Below, piece after piece: positions 62,428 to 64,000 of a stretch of DNA of 64,000 bases. Where the stretch lies: the NCBI GenBank assembly GCA_964409765.1, contig CAYPEM010000015.1, positions 8,713 through 72,712 on the forward strand, given 5' to 3'. Below the pieces are notes generated by a model, which did not search any database, had not been told where the DNA came from, and saw nothing but the letters and a program-made list of their open reading frames with translations. The stretch comes from an uncultured Chitinophagaceae bacterium (GTDB lineage Bacteria; Bacteroidota; Ignavibacteria; UBA10030; UBA8401). The translations under genes and the position numbers were made by a program. How positions within the stretch are numbered: position 1 is the stretch's first letter; every line of letters starts with the position of its first letter.

Positions 62428-64000
62428 TTACACCGAATATGTTTTGCGGATATACTGTTGAACAATTTCAAACTCTTTCAAGAGCGGTTGCAAAAAAGGT
62501 CTTGAGTTTTCAATTTCATTATTACGGGCAAAGTCTTCAATTGAAGAACAGATCTGCTGAAGTGCGCTGATGCCAAGATTGGCAGAACTGCCTTTCAGTT
62601 TATGTGAACTCTCTCGCAATAGCACTGCATCATTCGTCTTTAGACTTGTTTCTATTTCATTGATCGATATTTTTCCGTCAGCCAGAAACAATGCCAGCAA
62701 TTCCAACAATAAAGATTCATCCCCAAGTTCAATGATTTCAGCAATCCGTTTAGGATCGATCACTTGATGGGTGGTAGATGATATAGATTGCACTGTGTTG
62801 TTTGACTCTTGAATGTTCATGGAAGTCCATTTTTCGATCATTGCTTTCAGATCAGCTTGTTTGATTGGTTTGGAAAGATAATCATCCATTCCTGCCTCTA
62901 AACATCGTTCTCTGTCCCCCTGTAATGCATTCGCTGTCATTGCCACAATTGTAGTATGCAGAGGAGGTGTTTCTACCTCGCGGATTCTTTTTGTTGCTTC
63001 TAGTCCATCCATTTCAGGCATTTGTACATCCATAAATACAATGTCGTATCGTTTATTCCGTACGGCATTTACAGCTTCCACACCATTAATCGCAATATCT
63101 GCGGTGATATTCATTTTGGAGAGCATCTTCAATGCAACTTTTTGATTAATGGCATTATCTTCAGCAACCAATATACATACATCATTCATGATTTTTAATT
63201 GCTCCTGTTTTTTAGGAGTATGTTCAGTCTCCTGAGGTTGCTGTTCATGATTGAATAACCCGGAGACCAATAAAAAGAGGTCATGTTTTCTGATCGGTTT
63301 GAGAAGAAACGCATCGATACCCGCTGCACTCCATTCTTCCCGCGTCACTTTCATGGATGAGATCATGACAATATTAAATTTTCGACCGTAGATCTGTCGA
63401 AGATGTCGTGCAAGTTGTAAACCATCCATATCCGGCATTTGCATATCAACGATAATCAAGGAAAATGGTTTATTCATTTCCACTGATTGATCTATTTTTT
63501 TAATGGCCGATGATCCCCCAACAGCTTCATCCACACTCATCCCCCAGGAAGTCAGATGTTGATTGAGCGTTATACGATTTGTAGCGTTATCATCAACAAT
63601 CAGTATATTCATTGGTGGGGGCATTTCATTCTCGATCGGTGGGATATTTTCCTGAAGTTCAAATGGAATGGTGAACCAAAATGTGCTCCCTTTACCGATT
63701 TCACTTTCTAATCCAATCATCCCTCCCATTAATTCCACCAGTTGTTTTGAGATCGTAAGACCAAGGCCAGTCCCTCCGTATTTTCTTGTCGTCGATCCGT
63801 CTGCTTGCGTGAATGGTTGAAATAGTTTTTCCTGTGTCTTGACAGGGATTCCTATACCGGTATCACTGATAGTAAACTTCAACTCAATGGTTCGGTGGTA
63901 CTCTTTTACCTTTAGAACACGGATGATCACTTCGCCGTGATCGGTAAATTTGATGGCATTCCCCACAAGGTTCGTTAAGATCTGGCGGATGCGGATGGCA
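62428..64000 (-). CDS. hybrid sensor histidine kinase/response regulator (HATPase_c + 2 REC + HPt), N-terminus beyond window
   Basis: The reading frame stays open to the window edge: ...AIRIRQILTNLVGNAIKFT is the N-box, and the track's 'M' at 63966 is an internal GTG. G-boxes: DTGIGIP, GGTGLGLTISK. Two REC domains are present (ILIVDDN...IIVDMQMPDMDG; ILVAEDN...VFMDVQMPEMDG...DDYLSKP), plus HPt (SSHKLKGSSANLG). Confidence 0.9.
   Translation of the reverse strand, partial: AIRIRQILTNLVGNAIKFTDHGEVIIRVLKVKEYHRTIELKFTISDTGIGIPVKTQEKLFQPFTQADGSTTRKYGGTGLGLTISKQLVELMGGMIGLESEIGKGSTFWFTIPFELQENIPPIENEMPPPMNILIVDDNATNRITLNQHLTSWGMSVDEAVGGSSAIKKIDQSVEMNKPFSLIIVDMQMPDMDGLQLARHLRQIYGRKFNIVMISSMKVTREEWSAAGIDAFLLKPIRKHDLFLLVSGLFNHEQQPQETEHTPKKQEQLKIMNDVCILVAEDNAINQKVALKMLSKMNITADIAINGVEAVNAVRNKRYDIVFMDVQMPEMDGLEATKRIREVETPPLHTTIVAMTANALQGDRERCLEAGMDDYLSKPIKQADLKAMIEKWTSMNIQESNNTVQSISSTTHQVIDPKRIAEIIELGDESLLLELLALFLADGKISINEIETSLKTNDAVLLRESSHKLKGSSANLGISALQQICSSIEDFARNNEIENSRPFLQPLLKEFEIVQQYIRKTYSV

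Noticed and set aside
1-64000. Search by eye for CRISPR arrays, tRNA/rRNA genes, transposases, integrases, phage genes and defence-system genes
   Set aside because: I found no regularly spaced direct repeats, no cloverleaf-capable intergenic segments and no recombinase or nuclease-type ORFs. All long ORFs are accounted for by the features listed. A tRNAscan/Infernal run would be needed to exclude small RNAs formally.

Overview
AT-rich, gene-dense 64-kb chromosomal window. It most likely comes from a member of the FCB superphylum (Ignavibacteria-like). That placement is inference from a PorV/PorQ homologue, frequent TTG/GTG starts, and six T9SS cargo proteins: five ending in a QNYPNPFNP-type C-terminal sorting domain (CTD) and one in a VPNPY variant. 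Region 1-23.8 kb holds mixed housekeeping and accessory genes. These are a truncated methyltransferase, carA, a dapB-dapA-dapD operon behind a lysine riboswitch (L-box), an orphan sigma-54 activator, a DUF486 membrane protein, and a TetR-TolC-MFP-RND efflux operon. They are followed by ybjQ, a translationally coupled radA-guaD-(PQ-loop membrane protein)-rdgB string, a TatT-associated TRAP transporter, an OmpR-type regulator plus histidine kinase, and an APC permease. From 23.9 kb to the window end every gene is on the minus strand. In transcription order these are: a truncated hybrid histidine kinase; rfbA-rfbC; three tightly packed giant T9SS cargo genes (about 1883, 1096 and 1732 aa) built from beta-helix super-repeats, cadherin-like repeats, cohesin-like modules and dockerin-like modules; and a GHL10-type glycosidase-like cargo. 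Next comes a five-gene operon headed by an Oar-like TonB-dependent receptor, containing a PorV/PorQ paralogue and two more T9SS cargo genes. Last is an envelope operon, hldA-hldC-tamB-rnr, ending in an unusual fusion of an HExxH peptidase-like domain, a PD40 propeller and an Omp85 barrel. I saw no rRNA, tRNA, CRISPR array, transposase or integrase. The best candidates for something undescribed are (1) the cohesin/dockerin-like modules on T9SS cargo, (2) the POTRA-less Omp85 fusion co-transcribed with tamB, and (3) the TonB-receptor/PorV/cargo operon. All domain calls come from reading motifs by eye and need profile or structure searches.
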